Positions 14,205 through 29,099 of a stretch of DNA of 64,000 nt are shown here, in pieces. A program made the position numbers and the translations under genes. The DNA is from Chrysomallon squamiferum (taxonomy: Eukaryota; Animalia; Mollusca). The stretch spans positions 13,454,001 to 13,518,000 of the forward strand of contig CM022665.1 of the NCBI GenBank assembly GCA_012295275.1. The letters are read 5' to 3'. The notes beneath the pieces were generated by a model, which saw nothing but the letters and a program-made list of their open reading frames with translations, had not been told where the DNA came from and made no database searches. The first letter of the stretch is position 1, and each line of letters starts with the position of its first letter.

Positions 14205-14370
14205 ACGTAATCACAAATCTCTGTCAAGATACATCCGCTAGTGCTGCAAACATCAGAATATTTGCAAGGGCAACATTCACAGATATCATCATAAAAGTGA
14301 CTCATGTATTCGCGTACCCCTCTTATACAGAAAAACCTTTCAGCACATTAAAAGTGATCAAAAGGCGGGT
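14205..14370 (+). mobile_element. hAT-type transposase remnant (C-terminal dimerisation motif)
   Basis: Translation ...YPSYTEKPFSTLKVIKR resembles the hAT consensus (S/A)ERSFSxLKxIK. Confidence 0.4.
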
Positions 14371-15597
14371 GGCCGTGAGCATAGAACTCAGGGGAGGAAC
14401 TGCCTCCCAAATTCGGTCAAAACTTTTCCTAAACAGATCTAGCCACTCCCATTTAGTTTTATTTTATTTTATTTTATTTTATTTTTTGTGGGGGTTAGTT
14501 CAAAATGTAGCTTAATGGCCACGAGATACTGAATATAAAAAAAAAAAAAAAAAAAAAGATTAAAATTCCAGTGAAGAATTGATGATAGACATTTCTGTAA
14601 GTGACATTTTGTGAAAGTCAGCAGTAGCTTAAAAGTAAAAAAAAAAAAAAAATTACCAAACTGATTAATACCTGTATTTAAAGTAAGTGAGAAAATCCAA
14701 CGCAGTAATTTAGCACGCAGCTTAGGTAGGTTTCTATTACAGGACTACTTTTTGTCTTTGTAAAAAGCGGTGTGTGTGTGTGTGTGTGTCGGTATTATAT
14801 TCAGAGATATACTGGGATTGGATTATGGGTTTGGTGTTCAGTTTAGAACGATATATTTCCATGCTTAAAATATGTTCAAATTACGTTGAACAGATTTGAC
14901 CGAGGAGGTCAATATATACAGAATTAATGTCATCGGCCTTACTCGGTTCTGTTAATAGACAAAACGTGATTGCGATAGCTATACCCCTTGTTCTTGACAA
15001 ACTTATGGTAGTAAACATGAATTTTATCAATATTTAAAACATCTAACAATGTAACGATAAGAGATATATGGCGATATTTTCCAAGAAAATTACATTATTA
15101 TAAATATAATCATCTTGTGATTCGCCACTGCAGTGGAACAAACTTTTTCAGGGGAGACAACACTTCTTGTCTTCATCTGGAAATTGCGTGTACGTCAACT
15201 TACTTAAATAAGTTTTATATGAACAGTGTCCCTTGCACAGTTTATCATTCATGACAGACTGACATGAGGAATGGGAGGAATTTAAAGCGTACTTGAATCT
15301 TTCGACAGACTGGTAAAATATATTTTCATTAATTCTTTTTTAAAACACCCTCACAGATATTATTTTGGTGTATATAATCCAGTAATTCTGCGTTGAAATG
15401 GAAATTACTTATTGTTGATAAGACTGTCAATTTTGCATATAAAAAAAGGTTAAGTGTCGGTTGGTGGGGACGTTGTTTGAACTAGTCTGACAACTACACA
15501 ACAACGCTGTATTAATTTAAAATTATTTATACTTAGCTGAATTATTACTGATCAGTTTTATCATAATCTATACAGTTTGATAATTTCATTTATATAT

Positions 15598-15629
<32 letters not shown>

Positions 15630-18142
15630 AGTACTACTGCTGCTGCTGCTACTACCTTCTGAATCAAAAGATATTCTTTGTTATTTTATTTACAAGAATT
15701 AGATATGGTTTATAAAACATATATGTAGTTAAGCTAAGCCGAGCAGTAAAGCTTTACTCGATATAGCAGTAATTTTCTTCTGAATGTAATGCAGTTGACT
15801 GTTGTTCCCTTACATCTTCAAAAATGGATTTAATGCATTTGAAAAAAAGACTATACTTATGCATTTATATATATCAGTAGTTTTCATGGAAATTCGAGAC
15901 AGGTACTTTGACTACTTTTGTTGTCTATACAGATGGAACACGGGATGGAAATTATATGGCTTGTGCTGCGGTTAACCCTGTAGGCGGTGCAGGAAGGACG
16001 AAATTATTGTGTTGTGTCGTACCCGCATCGGTCATTAATATTTTATTCATTCATATATCTTAAATAGAGATCCTTCATCTCAGTGTGAGTACTATCTGTG
16101 TGCTTTGGCAGTTCGCTACAGTTTAGTGGAATGCAGTCACTTTGATCAGACAACGAATGATATGTTTGGTAGATATGATGTGTTGGAATTATTTAGCTTC
16201 CACTCGAACCCTTTGCTAACTTTCTTTTAAAAAGTTCCTTTTATAGTAAATTTTACTGTTTAATTTTATATCGGTCATTTTCATACCTCTGTCTGATACC
16301 CAATGGCCCATCCGTTTTCGTGCTGGGGTTAAACATTCATTTATTCACTGATTCATTTTTCAAAAATGTCCTCAAACAAACTGCAAGAAATAACGATTGC
16401 AAGAAGTATCGATATAACGCAGCAGGAATTTGTTCATGGTCTCGTTTAATCGTGTGACAACATCTGACTTGGATGCGTATATTATTATTTCAAAATGTAT
16501 GTGCACATCACACACACACACACACGCGCGCACGCACACGCAACGCGCACACACAGAGATAATTAATTGGGTTTATTATATACTTAAGAAGACAAAAAGT
16601 AAAAAGTATAGTTATCTAATCTCCTTTCAGTTAATGAAAAGAAAAAATTATAATATGATGTATAGTGTAATTTATACCTTCACTGTTTTGATAGAATTTT
16701 TGAACAGGATGTGTTCTAAAACTTAAATTAGATTGACGGTTTATGTCAGTTTTTACTGTAGGAAATGTGATTATTACTCAGTTCTTCTTTATAATTGTGA
16801 AGCCTTTTGCAATCCCATACTTAAATTGTTCGAGGAATTCAAAATATTAAAATTTAAAACCAAACAATTTTTTTTTTTTTTTTTTTTAATTTATGAAAAT
16901 AATTTAATCGTGTAGGACGGCAATACATTAAGGTACAAACAGTAATACATAAAAACGATTTACACAATGTACGCAGTAAGTGGTCGTGTTAGGACTGAAC
17001 TATAATGACGACGACAGAATACTGACGTTAATTTCCACAACGAAAAAGAGTGCAATTATTTTGCTATCATATATTTTGTCGCTCTGATTTGACTGATCCT
17101 CGTAAGCATTTCTTGAAAGTGGATCATGGAAATATCTTGTATCTGTAATGCAACCGTGTGTAACATAGATTGCCATCGGAGACAGTGATTGTGTTTTAAA
17201 CTTCTCTGCTAAATTTAAATACAGCAACAAAGAATAAAATAAAATAAGAAAACAATAGGCTGTGTTGTTAAACTGTCATTATTATTAATTATCATTTATA
17301 ATTTCATGTGCGTGTGTGTTTATATGCATTTATTTTATTTATTTATTTATTTATTTATTTATTTTATTTTATTTGTTTGTTTTTATTTTTCAAACTGTAA
17401 GCAGAACTGTTCTTTGCGGGAAATTATCTGTATCGCCTGAACAGAGTAAATCCACCCATGAATGGACTAAATCCGGATATCGCATTGGCCATCTTTATCG
17501 AATGGGGTCCTCGAACAGATATTGTTTAAAATACTTTAAACATAACTGTTTTATTGCCCACTCGAGCATAAAACAATTAAGCTTGAACAAGAAAGAAGAC
17601 AGTCCTGCGATCATATTTATTGTTTGTCGTATCATAGAAAAATAGGCTGCTCATCGTGTTTCGGCCGGAACATGATCTTCGTTTTATGGGGCCAATAGCA
17701 TATAATGTAGTGGCATACAATCCAACAGCGATACAATTTAACTTGTAATAGGTGCTTATTAAAGTAGCCACTGACGCATGCAGTAGATAATGTTATCGGA
17801 AACTAATACTAAACTAATATATACAAAAAGTTATGATTAAATATCTTGCAACTGTTATGAATGTCATTTTGTAAAGTTTGTTAAAATAGAAATCAATAAC
17901 AAGACAAGGAATCAGATTTCGAATTAAAAAAAGACTGGCTGATTTATTGTCTAGGCGTGTACTTATTACTAATAATCTAGGCCAAATTGAGTTTTTGTTT
18001 AAGTAAAAGGTTATAAACGTCTGCCTGGCTGTTCAAGTATCAGATGTCCATCCTGTCAGTTGTTACTATGGTGTTTATTTAACTGAACTTGTTACATGGT
18101 GAACTACTGTAGAACGAGATACATGGTGGTTACGGAGGAAAC

Positions 18143-18222
18143 ATGGGAGAATCGAGCTCAGCAAAATCATGGCAAAAACCATTAAAGTTGATCAAAACAG
18201 CAGCTTGTTTCAGTCCTACCAA
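18143..18222 (+). CDS. Candidate variable first exon V2: MGESSSAKSWQKPLKLIKTAACFSPT(K)
   Basis: AACATGG start with an upstream in-frame TAG; 26 codons + 2 nt; donor AA|GTAAGT (phase 2); X-box-like GTTACTATGG and GTTACATGGTGAAC 40-80 bp upstream. Confidence 0.6.
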
Positions 18223-18407
18223 GTAAGTTTGTTACTAACACTATTACTGCTATCTCAATAACCCAACATTAACTCCTAATAGGTTGTTTTTAAGAAATAT
18301 GTATTTTGAATGGCTGTATGTCTGTAAGTCTGAATGTATGTGTTTATGTACACATATATCTTTATTGTTGTAGTTCAGTTTTAACCATTTTATAATAAAA
18401 ACAAAAA

Positions 18408-18450
<43 letters not shown>

Positions 18451-21400
18451 GTTTGACTTCTTCAAATATGTACCCCAACCCCCCCCCCCATTTCAAGAAC
18501 ACGAGTGCAGTAAACTTAATTTCTAAATATAGTTTTATAGGTATATACTATATATAGGTATGCAACCAGTATATATTTTCATATATTTTTGTGTATGTAT
18601 GTGTCTTTTTACCCCTTCTTGTTCTTTTTTTTTTCATTCCTCTTTATTTTTGGCCTACCTGAAGTTTTAATTATTCCAGTCCTTGCCAACCGGCTCTGCA
18701 AACGTAAACATTTTACGTATGACGTGCAATATTTAATTTATTAAGTTCGCCTGCTTGTCCGGTTTCCCACTATTTAATTACTATTGTGCAACCAATAAGG
18801 CATGACCTTAAAATCACTCCGCTCATTAAAATAGTGCTATTACTATAGTAATTAAATAAACTAAAGAACATACGTCAGTGGTTTGCCTCGGCCTTTAATC
18901 GGCCACAGTTAACCGATACTCATCAATCAATCAGTCAGCCAATCAATTACCACCCTCCCTCTCTCTCTGCTATACATAACGCTGTATTACGCAAAACATT
19001 CAAGATAACGACTTGCATATTCCAGACAGGCGTGCTTTTCTCTTGTTTTATCTAACATACTGATAAGTTCCCAGTGTGGCTAATTTTGAATACGGTTATT
19101 ATTGAAACACGGAACAATATAATATTTGAATTTCAAGATCCGTATATCAGAGTCATGAAACTACTGATGTAAAATACTATTATTGGCTGCATTTTCAAAA
19201 TATCATATAATAAACTGCCATAAAATTACCTCACGGTCCACTTCGAGTTTCCAAAAAGTCTTACGATTGGAGAAAACAAAGTATATACTATAATTATATG
19301 TACTGAAAAAGCGAACTATAATGAAGTTGAAGTGGTTAAGGGCACGTCTTACCTACTAACAAGGATTGATTAACAAGGCGCAGTGAAGCATTTTTTTTTT
19401 TTTTTATGAGACTGTGAGGCATCAGTCGCGGCTTCAAACTTTTGAAAATTTGAAAGTTCAAAGCTATGAAAGAGATCACAGACTTATTCATTAATTCTGA
19501 ATCCTCATCACCACCAAAATATTGCCATGCCCCACCTATTATACCCTTTAGGCTAGGAAAGATATTTGGAATCAATTATGATATCATCTGAATAGCATTT
19601 CCTATTATTATTTTATTTTCGACAACAATAAATCTGGGGTTTAATTGCAAGTACTCGTGAATCTGTAATATAACGTAAGTTATTTATAATAACTATTATG
19701 CTGAATAACGGGGTATCAAACTGTTGAACAGAGTCCAGCTATATTTTAATTGTTACAACTCGATCGACAGTCACTAAATATTGAATGATGACAGAGCAAA
19801 GATAGAAGCTCGGTCTAACAACATTTTTAGTTTTAAAATGTTCGATATAATTGTTGTGAAAAATACAATATGTGCGAGAAGATTACTTTATTAATACTTG
19901 TATGGAACAAATATCTGACCGATGACTGAAGTGCTAAAAAATTGTACCACTGTACGACGATTTAAAACAGTCACTTATATTCTGAGTAATACAGTAGAAT
20001 ATAGGTCAACGTAATCGTTAAAAATCATTACAACTTCACGACTACTGGTATCTAAGAAATCTATTTGATTTTTATCGAGCTTATTTGGATCAAAAACACA
20101 GTTGTATAAATAGCAGCAGATTCAGCTTTCGGGGTGGGGGTAACTTTCTGGCGAAATGTTTTTATAATCATCACAGAGACCAATAAAAAAAAAATATATA
20201 TATTGCCCATCGACAAGACCGGATCCAAAAATCTAAGTTTAAAGACACAGAGGTACAAAGGACTGATATCTAGAGGATCGGGATCAATACTTAAAAATAA
20301 AGGGACGAATCTTTCTCTTTACAACGCTGTCTCCACCTCTTCTGTATTATTTTTGTTTTAGTCTTCTTTTTTTTTCTACAATTTTAGCCCTTTATATAAG
20401 ATCATACATATCCCGCTGTGACAGGTATGATGCAAGCTGTTTATTCTTTCCACAAGATAGGTTTATATGTCTCTGTGTCTTTGTAATCAACATACTTGAA
20501 CTATTATTTTAGCTCCGTTATCTCTCTATGATCGCCATTGCCTTGTCGGCTTTATTTTGTTGACTTGTGTGTTAAACTACGGACATAGACTGGATCCAGA
20601 ACTACTTGTTGGAATAATGGATTATTTTTAATGACACCGACACAAAACCGCATACAACTACCATTCTGAATTATTCACAATTTTAGAGATTTTGCCAAGC
20701 TAAAAACAGTTTTCACAGTAACAACAATAGTAACAATTAATTTTTGTGTTCAGTTTTCTTTTCTTATTAATTTTTTTCTTAATTTTTATTATTATTATTA
20801 ATTTTTTATTAATTTTTTATTTTATTTTAAATTTGTACAAAATGATCCAAAAAGTTAATATAAAATGTCACATTTTTTATTCTTAAGAAAAAAAAATGCT
20901 TTGACAATTTCGTCATTTATACTTGTTTAGACATGTTCTTCATTTTCTTTTTCTTTCGCCCTCAGAAGTTCTTCGTATGCAATTAAGGAGCAATAAGCCA
21001 TGCGCGAGAAAATAATACGGTAGTAAAGATTTCATATGGGTTGTGTTCACATTTTATATTTAAGATACTGAAATCATAGAGGGTCCAGTGTAGAGGTTTC
21101 TTTCATACGTATAATAATCTTCACACACGAAACACACGTTAAGAACGCATGTCTTTTAAACACGTTCAAACAGATTATCCGCTCTGTTAGCATCAGGCTA
21201 ATGGGAGTGTGTTAGTCAATGTAAATTATAGTTTTAAACACGGACAAATATATTATGTCAGTTTGTGTGTGAATGTGGTGTGTATGTTGGTCTGTTTGTG
21301 TGTATGGGTTAGTGTCTGTTATATTCACAGAGATAGCATGTGTTCATAAATGTGAATGAGTGAGTGTATATAGATAAACGTTCATTCGTGACATTTAATG

Positions 21401-21462
21401 TTTGTTCTGTTGTGACCTAGCCGTATCAATATTTGTATTTTCACACACACACAGACAGACAG

Positions 21463-21544
<82 letters not shown>

Positions 21545-23415
21545 GCATGCATGATTATAGTATGAACCATTTGAGAAAGGTATCACAACTATAAGCCACG
21601 TTTCAAATGGTTGATTGATTGCTCGTGTTTTGACAAAGCAGAGTAATTAGTGGCAGCCAGGTATAATTGAACAAATTGATCGATGCAGGTTGAACAAGAT
21701 TATTTTGTTTAGATCATGTACATGTTAACATGAAAGTCAAATTGGCAGTATTTTTTTTTATATATATATATATTATCGAAAATAAGTTATGTATGAAATT
21801 AAATCAAGATCAACTGAGCTTCACGTTTAGTTTTTCAAAAGCAACGGTTCGTGCTTTACCATCTGTAGAAACGTGTAGATAAAAGATATATTGCTGCTAA
21901 ACGATAAAAGTAGACCCTGAGTGTTTCCTCATTCACGTCCTTATGCACACTATATATACATATACTGACACCTAAGATACTATTAATAAATGTTTTTGTT
22001 AAATCTAATATCCATTGACTGTTTCGTTTTAAATAAAACTGAAATAGAGCAAACTGCTTGATAACAGAAATATTTTGCTTCCTTTTGTTGATTTTTAAGG
22101 AATCTTGATCAGTCAGTTTTATATTTGTTTTGATATTGCTAACTCTCTCTCTCTCTCTGAACCTCTGTATCTCTATATCTGTCTCACTGTCCGTTTGTCT
22201 CTCTTTAACACGCACAGAAGCACGAAACTGTTTTCCCAACCTACAGCAAATATCAGAAAGACTCTCAAAAAAAAAAAAAAAAAAAAAATGTTCGTTGCTC
22301 CTGACAACACTCAGCAATGTTTCCTAAGAAAAAAGATTGATTTGTATCTGGGTATAGTTTACAAGATATCGTACCCTCTTTCCTTTCTTATCATGCGCGA
22401 GTATATTGATGTTTTTGTTATTTTCGACGTTCATGTATCGTTTTTCCTTGATCTTTTTGTTGATTGCATCCACACTTTGCTCCGACTGCAGAAAATTATG
22501 GTCTGAAGTTCCGTCGCACTTCAGTGGCGGGTCCAAAGAGTAATAAGGAGATGAAAACAAATCTTGTACAAAACTGTTAGCATTTGCTAACGTACTTTTT
22601 GTTGTTTTTTCTTCTTCTTTGTTTCCATCATTATCTTCTACTTCGTTGTTTTATTATCACATTATGTATTACGTTTATGATTTTATAACGTTATATATAT
22701 TTGGTTATGATCGCAGATTCCTGGCTTGACAAACGTACACCACACGTGACTAATGTGCATTTTATTAGACAGGCCAGTGACATGAACTGTCACCATGTTG
22801 TGTTGTGCGCTAATTAACCGTGTGCTTTCCTTCCTTGCTCAACCTCATCACCAAGTGGCCATAATTACCAAGCGACACAAAGGATTTTCTATTGATGTGT
22901 TAATTATTGATGCTTGTTGTCCGAAACAGTTTGCATTTTTATTCACTCCACTCTTTATAGATCACAGCTTTGGCGTGTCCGACGAGTTTGTTATTATGTT
23001 GTTTTATTGTGAAAAACAAAAATACATTTTAAAAAATTACTCTTCTTTGAATCAGAAAAATAAAAAGAGAGAGGAAAAAAAGGAAAATTATAACATTTTG
23101 TAATTATGGTGAAAACTTAACAGGTGCATATTTGTTCGACCATAATAACAACACTGGATCTGAAAGAAGTATCTCAGTAAATTGTTTTCTGTTAATTATT
23201 AACTTTTGACAAAAATACTGGTTTTATCTTATGTTGCACCGATGTTTTGGATTACAATATGCGTTTTTCGCCGTAGTTTTCACTTTAATCACACGTTTTG
23301 ATATTCTACCTGTCACGGATTCACGGAGGTTTGATTTTTGGTTGAGATAATTTGCGAAAGTATATCTTCTGTAAGTATTCTGGAATTCAATTTATGTCCA
23401 TACTTCCACTGCAAA

Positions 23416-23507
23416 ATGTTAAGTCGACGAAAGCTTGCTTCAGGTCTTTTCACTATAGAAGAACGTCCAAGATCTCGTTTTTCTGACAGCAGTCCAAAGA
23501 AAGATTC
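23416..23507 (+). CDS. Candidate variable first exon V3: MLSRRKLASGLFTIEERPRSRFSDSSPKKD(S)
   Basis: CAAAATG start; 30 codons + 2 nt; donor TC|GTGAGT (phase 2); Arg/Ser-rich. Confidence 0.68.
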
Positions 23508-23536
23508 GTGAGTACATATCAGATATAATTAGTATT

Positions 23537-23890
23537 ATAGCCTGGTGGTATCGTGTTCTGGAACATGTCTGGGGCAAGCTCAGTTTTCTTTGGTGATTGT
23601 ATTGCTTAGAGCGCTTACATTAGAATATAACTGTCGCAGAATCAACTTACCTCTACCCACTAACCGCTGTTTCCCGGTCCAGCCAGTGCCCTATGACTAG
23701 TGTATCAAATGACGTTATACGCCTTTTTTGTTCATGTTTTTCTTCTCTTCTGCTAAAGGAGTAAAAATACTGTTGCCTGTGTGTGTGTGTGTTTTGTTTT
23801 GTTTTTTATATCTAGAATCAAAGTAATTACTTTTATATTATTATTTCTGACATGATGAGATTTCCTTAAACAAGCATTCATTAACCACTT
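23537..23890 (+). mobile_element. Degenerate tRNA-derived SINE
   Basis: A-box-like head TAGCCTGGTGGTA; body TTCCCGGTCCAGCCAGTGCCCTATGACTAGTGTATCAAA resembles a mollusc SINE core as recalled. Boundaries approximate. Confidence 0.45.
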
Positions 23891-24787
23891 CCTCAAAATC
23901 AGATTTTCAATAATTTCATAGGATTTGTTTTTAATAATTTAATGTTTTATATATATATATATGTATGTATGTATGTATGTATATAATGATTTTTCATATA
24001 TGACTAAAACATTTATATTTTTATTTATCGCCATGTACATATATATTTATCCATACTTTTCCCTGTACCACAGATAATAATGTAAATGTAATAACTGTAT
24101 GCATAAGATCGGACAGTAATGTTCCGGAATGTCTTTTCGACCACTTAATATTAGGACGGGTTTTTGAAATTCATTCAATTTACATGTAATGTTTTATTAA
24201 CTTAATATTTTAAAATTACTGATTCAGGCCATACTAATAAACACACACTGTTTATATTAATATGTTTCATTTAATCTTTTAATTTACATACCATTGATTT
24301 TCCAGCGGTGCATGGTATTTTATAGATATATATTTAGTGTTCAGAGATATATTGTTGAATTATTATTATGTGACCTGTTTTGATATGGATAAATTGATGA
24401 TCCGGAAAGCTTTGGAACCAAATCGAGGCTGTACGTGTATTTCTAAACCTATAATAGCGTGGAAAGAGCAACCACTGACGACTCAGTCATTGTAGTTAAT
24501 TTGCTTATGCCTTTTACTTCCCCCTTTTCAATCTTATAATGTTTTAATGTAGTTAGTCTGTTATATGCGCATGTGTGCAAGTGTGTCTCTGTGTGTATGT
24601 ATGTATGTATGTATTATGTATTTATGTATATGTGTGCATGTGTGTATGTATGCATTTATGTATGTATGTATATTATTTATACAGTTTCTCACTACTCCAG
24701 TGACATAACTTATATAATTGTTTGTGTTTGTTTACACTGAAGCCGTTTTTTCTACCTTAATATTTTATAATTTATATATTTATAGCC

Positions 24788-24859
<72 letters not shown>

Positions 24860-24861
24860 TA

Positions 24862-24893
<32 letters not shown>

Positions 24894-26363
24894 ATACAGT
24901 TGTATATAAATGCCAGTTAATAATATCAAATATGAAAACAATGTAACTGCCGCAGTACGAACTCAAATTATAGCGTTTTCTTCTCAGTAAATTAAAACAG
25001 CCTTACGAGATTCTACTAGCTGTAATTTGACCATAAGACAAATCTTAAGTATTAGCCGCTAAATTTTAAGATTTATGAATACCTGAAGGGTTCACCTATA
25101 AATACCGTTATTTTCTAAGCAACTCGCTGCCCTGGATCAATAAACTAATAAAAGGCGTTGTTTAGAAATTCATTGCGGTACTTCTAAGGCCACAGATATT
25201 TTTTATTTGTTGTCTGAAATTTGACTGCTCATTTTGGGTAGTAGTTAACTGGAAGCTATAGTATGTAATTTGTGTGTGTGTCTGTATGCATGTGTCTATA
25301 TACATGCGCAGTCTTGAGTGATCTTTAATACCTTATTTATATTTATGTATATATTAATATGACTATGAGTATATAATTTAAGTCTATATATAGATGTATG
25401 TATGTATGTATATAAGTATGTATGTATGTATGAATGTGTGTACATATATGAATATATGTATGAATGTATGTACATATATGTGTATATGAATGCATGTGCA
25501 CAGGTACACAAATATCCATGCATACACAGACTAATACCAAAAGCAACAGTACTTTATTTACAAAGAAATGAAATATAGAACAACCTCTTAATGTTACTAA
25601 TTTCAAGTTAATCCTGCGAACAAACACTTCACTACATACATAGAACTGTCCACAAATACATTATGTAATGTCAACATACCATACAAAAATTCGTAACATA
25701 TCCATTTTTACGTGCATGTCGTCATAATACTTGAAATATAAAGGTATTGATTGCTTTTATTTATTAATTTATTTATTTTTTAAATTAAGAAAGAATAAAA
25801 GAAAAGAATGAAAAAAAAAAAAAGGATGTATTATTTTAAAAGAAGGAAATTAATTTCAGAAAGTTTTAATTCACCTTCATAAATTAGAGATAACAGATTA
25901 AGACTGTCTGTCGTTTAATTTATTACAACGGTAAACTGGTGTTAGATAAATTTACAGTCGTCTTTGACCTTCGAGCTGTGTCAGTTTTTGACATGGACGT
26001 GTAATACTTTTTACACTTTGATACAGCATTTCACAGCGGGGATCTCTCATGTTTCAGTAAATCATGTCTCCTTGCAATTTGTTGCTTTATCGCGAGCATT
26101 TCAACTGGATCGCTGGATCAAGCCTTTTACCTGTAATCTTTAAACTATTCCCCATTCTAGACATTTTTCCACTACCAATGTATTTATGACTGTGAATTGT
26201 TCTTTCAATTATTATTAATATTATTATTATTATTACATCATCATCATCATCATCAATAGAATCACATTTCAGTAAAATACAGTATTTATCCTTATAACTA
26301 AATATGCATATCTACCATACCAAACCCATAATCCAATCCCAGTATATCTCTGAATATCATACC

Positions 26364-26409
<46 letters not shown>

Positions 26410-26875
26410 CATACACACACAGTAAAGTTTACTTTAAAAGTCAAACATCGGTATATTAGCTAGCTATGATTCGAGCTTTTTATTATTTATTATATTTTAT
26501 TTTGTTTTGTTTTGTTTTATTTTATTTTATTTTATTTTATTTTATTTTATTTTATTTTATTTTATTATTACACGTGCAAATGGAATTTGAATATTTAATA
26601 AGCCTGTTGGAAAATGCATATTTTAAGATAACAGTATCAATGGCCAAGTAAAAATGAAAAAGACAGTGACACACTGACCATAAACAGACTAATTTTAGCA
26701 TTACTTTTAAATGGCCTAAGGAAGTCTTACAGAAAAGGAATAAACACAGATTGAAGACACTTCAGCTACGACAAAACTCGGTACTTAGTGTGGATGTGTT
26801 GAATTTAGTTAACCTGAACAACTGATTTCTACACCGCCAGTGGTTGTATAAAATGCTTACAAAATTACTTTCAAA

Positions 26876-27006
26876 ATGTCTGATTCTGAGATAAGAAAAC
26901 GGAAATACAGCGACACAGTCAGTAAAGAAATCGAATCTTCTTCAGATAAAAGGGTGATTTTAACGAGATCGCCTATTTCGCGACGCAAGGGCTCTTTTCG
27001 ACAAAG
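26876..27006 (+). CDS. Candidate variable first exon V4: MSDSEIRKRKYSDTVSKEIESSSDKRVILTRSPISRRKGSFRQ(R)
   Basis: CAAAATGTCT start; 43 codons + 2 nt; donor AG|GTAATT (phase 2); RKYS and RKGS motifs, basic RKRK cluster. Confidence 0.7.
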
Positions 27007-27938
27007 GTAATTCTGTTAGATTAGCTGTATAAAGTATATCGTGAAGATGAATGAAATTATAGGCTGAAATACATTTTGTATACTACCAAGTGATGATGTT
27101 AACTCTTAGAGTGAATAACTATTTTTTATGTTAAAATATAAATCTGCTTCATTTATGGAGGTACTATTTTCCGTTCTGCCTTGGACAGCTGTGACATCAT
27201 AACTTGTATAGGAATGTAAATAACAGTAACAGCGACAACAACAACAATAATAATAGTAATAATAATAATAAAGGTATAATTTAAGGGATTCTTTTCAACG
27301 ATAATAATAATGTACAACAGATATATAGTTAGCTGCATAATATTTTATTCTTAACTGTTATCTATATTATCAATAAGTGAGTGTTAAAACTGCTATTTCT
27401 ATCATCTAAATATTTATTTGTTTGTTTTTAAGATGTGATATTAACATTAAGTATCGTTCACGATGATATTTTTCTGTGTTGGCATTACCAAATGCTGATG
27501 TCAATATTTTGAAAACAAACCTTATTATTTGGACTATTTCTTCAAAACTTTAGTTACTTCTTGAAATTATTTCTTTCCATGATATTTAACTTCCACAGAA
27601 AATACAGAATGTGTCATGAACATGCTTATGGTTTTCATTATGATGACAATAATTTGGTAGAAAAGGCAAGGCAAATCTTCTTAACCGCGTATATTAATAC
27701 ATTTCTTTTACTATTAATTCAGTAATATCTACATGCGTAAACTATTGCTATGACGTTCATTGTTAATGCTATGACGTAATAACAATGACTGTCACATGGC
27801 TAAAAATAATGGTGTAAGGCGCCGAAAGCGTGGTGTTTTTCTACAGTGGATAAGATATTTTGATACACGGACTGAAAACTTGACAAGAAGACTGACAGTT
27901 CTTCTCAAGAAGAAACTCTCTACGCAAAATACATTCTA

Positions 27939-27970
27939 ATGACGAGTTTGAAGCCGCCCGCTGCACTCAA
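27939..27970 (+). CDS. Weak candidate variable first exon (MTSLKPPAAL/K), phase 2
   Basis: Strong donor AA|GTAAGT at 27971 ends a CpG-containing exon-like stretch; duplicated GCTATGACGT (CRE-like) at ~27747 and ~27769. The correct reading frame is uncertain. Confidence 0.4.
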
Positions 27971-28399
27971 GTAAGTGTAGTTTTGAAAACAGTTCTCTGA
28001 TCATTAGATTTTCGATTTGGATGTGTGATTTTTAGCATATTAAATTACATTAAAGAATGCCCCTCTGGGATGCATAGTTCAGTGTAGGAGTGTATTTATA
28101 GTTTACTGTCTTTGACAGGATTAGAGGATTTATTATTACAGAGAACTTGTGTAATGGCTTTCATGTTTCCATTTTTCTAGCTATGTGTAAGAGATAGTAA
28201 CCAACATTGACATTATGGAGTAGAATTCAGTTAAATAGTGACCCAGGTGTTAGCGCCATTTGAATCATCACTTCCCACTCCACCTAGAAACGTAGACCTT
28301 GGTTTATATGCAAATGTTATAAGTCAAACACAAAAATATCATCTGCTACGTTACTGACATTATACAGATGAATAATACAAGTCACTGTTATGTGTTTGT

Positions 28400-28945
28400 A
28401 GACTAAATAATCACTTACATGAACATTGTCATTATCTAGGTGCAAAATATTATGTAAAAAATCACTAATATGAATGTTGTCATAATTTAGATTTAGAATA
28501 CAATGTAAACTATCACTAACATCAATGGTTATTATCTAGATTCAAAATACAATGTAAACAACCACCAACATCACCATAGTGATTATTTAGATGTAAAATA
28601 CAATGTAAACTATCAATAACATCAACGTTTATAATCTAGATTTAAAATATAATGTAAACAACCACCAATATCAAAATAGTGATTATTTAGATGTAAAATA
28701 CAACGTAAACAATTACTAACATCAACAGTTATTATCTAGTTGCACAATACAGTGTAAATAATCACTAATATCAACAGTCATTGTCTAAATGCAAAATACA
28801 TTATAAATTATCACTAACATAACATTATTACCTAGATTCAAAATACAATGAAAATAGTCATTAGCATAATATTCTCACTCCATACCAGGTGCAAAATACA
28901 ATATAAGTAATAACTCTCATAACAGTATCATTATCTAAGTGCAAA
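28400..28945. repeat. Minisatellite, ~49-51 bp unit, ~10-11 copies
   Basis: Unit approx. TTATCTAGATTCAAAATACAATGTAAACAATCACTAACATCAACAGTGA, with alternating 49/51-bp variants in the middle. Confidence 0.9.
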
Positions 28946-29070
28946 TCTGTGTCCGTAATATACTTTCATACTTATTGTCGTTATTTTAACCATCCTTATT
29001 GACTGATATTTGTGAAGATTATTACAAATTAATCCTAGCCATGTCATACACATTTAAGAATGTTAAACCA

Positions 29071-29099
29071 CGGAAGTTTGCCGTTCGTTGCTAGGCAAC
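29071..29099 (+). promoter_or_regulatory. ETS site plus RFX X-box
   Basis: CGGAAGT (29071-29077) and palindromic GTTGCTAGGCAAC (29087-29099), ~1.4 kb upstream of V5. Confidence 0.6.

Noticed and set aside
15260-15262. In-frame TGA as selenocysteine
   Set aside because: No SECIS can be assessed (the 3' UTR is outside the window) and there is no selenoprotein-like context.
22464-22580. Exon-like stretch encoding ...GLKFRRTSVAGPKSNKEM
   Set aside because: No in-frame ATG upstream of RRTS and no phase-2 donor. It could be a relic but cannot be supported.
28400-28945. Regularly spaced ~50-bp repeat as a CRISPR-like array
   Set aside because: The whole unit is repeated with no unique spacers, and the context is eukaryotic; it is an ordinary minisatellite.
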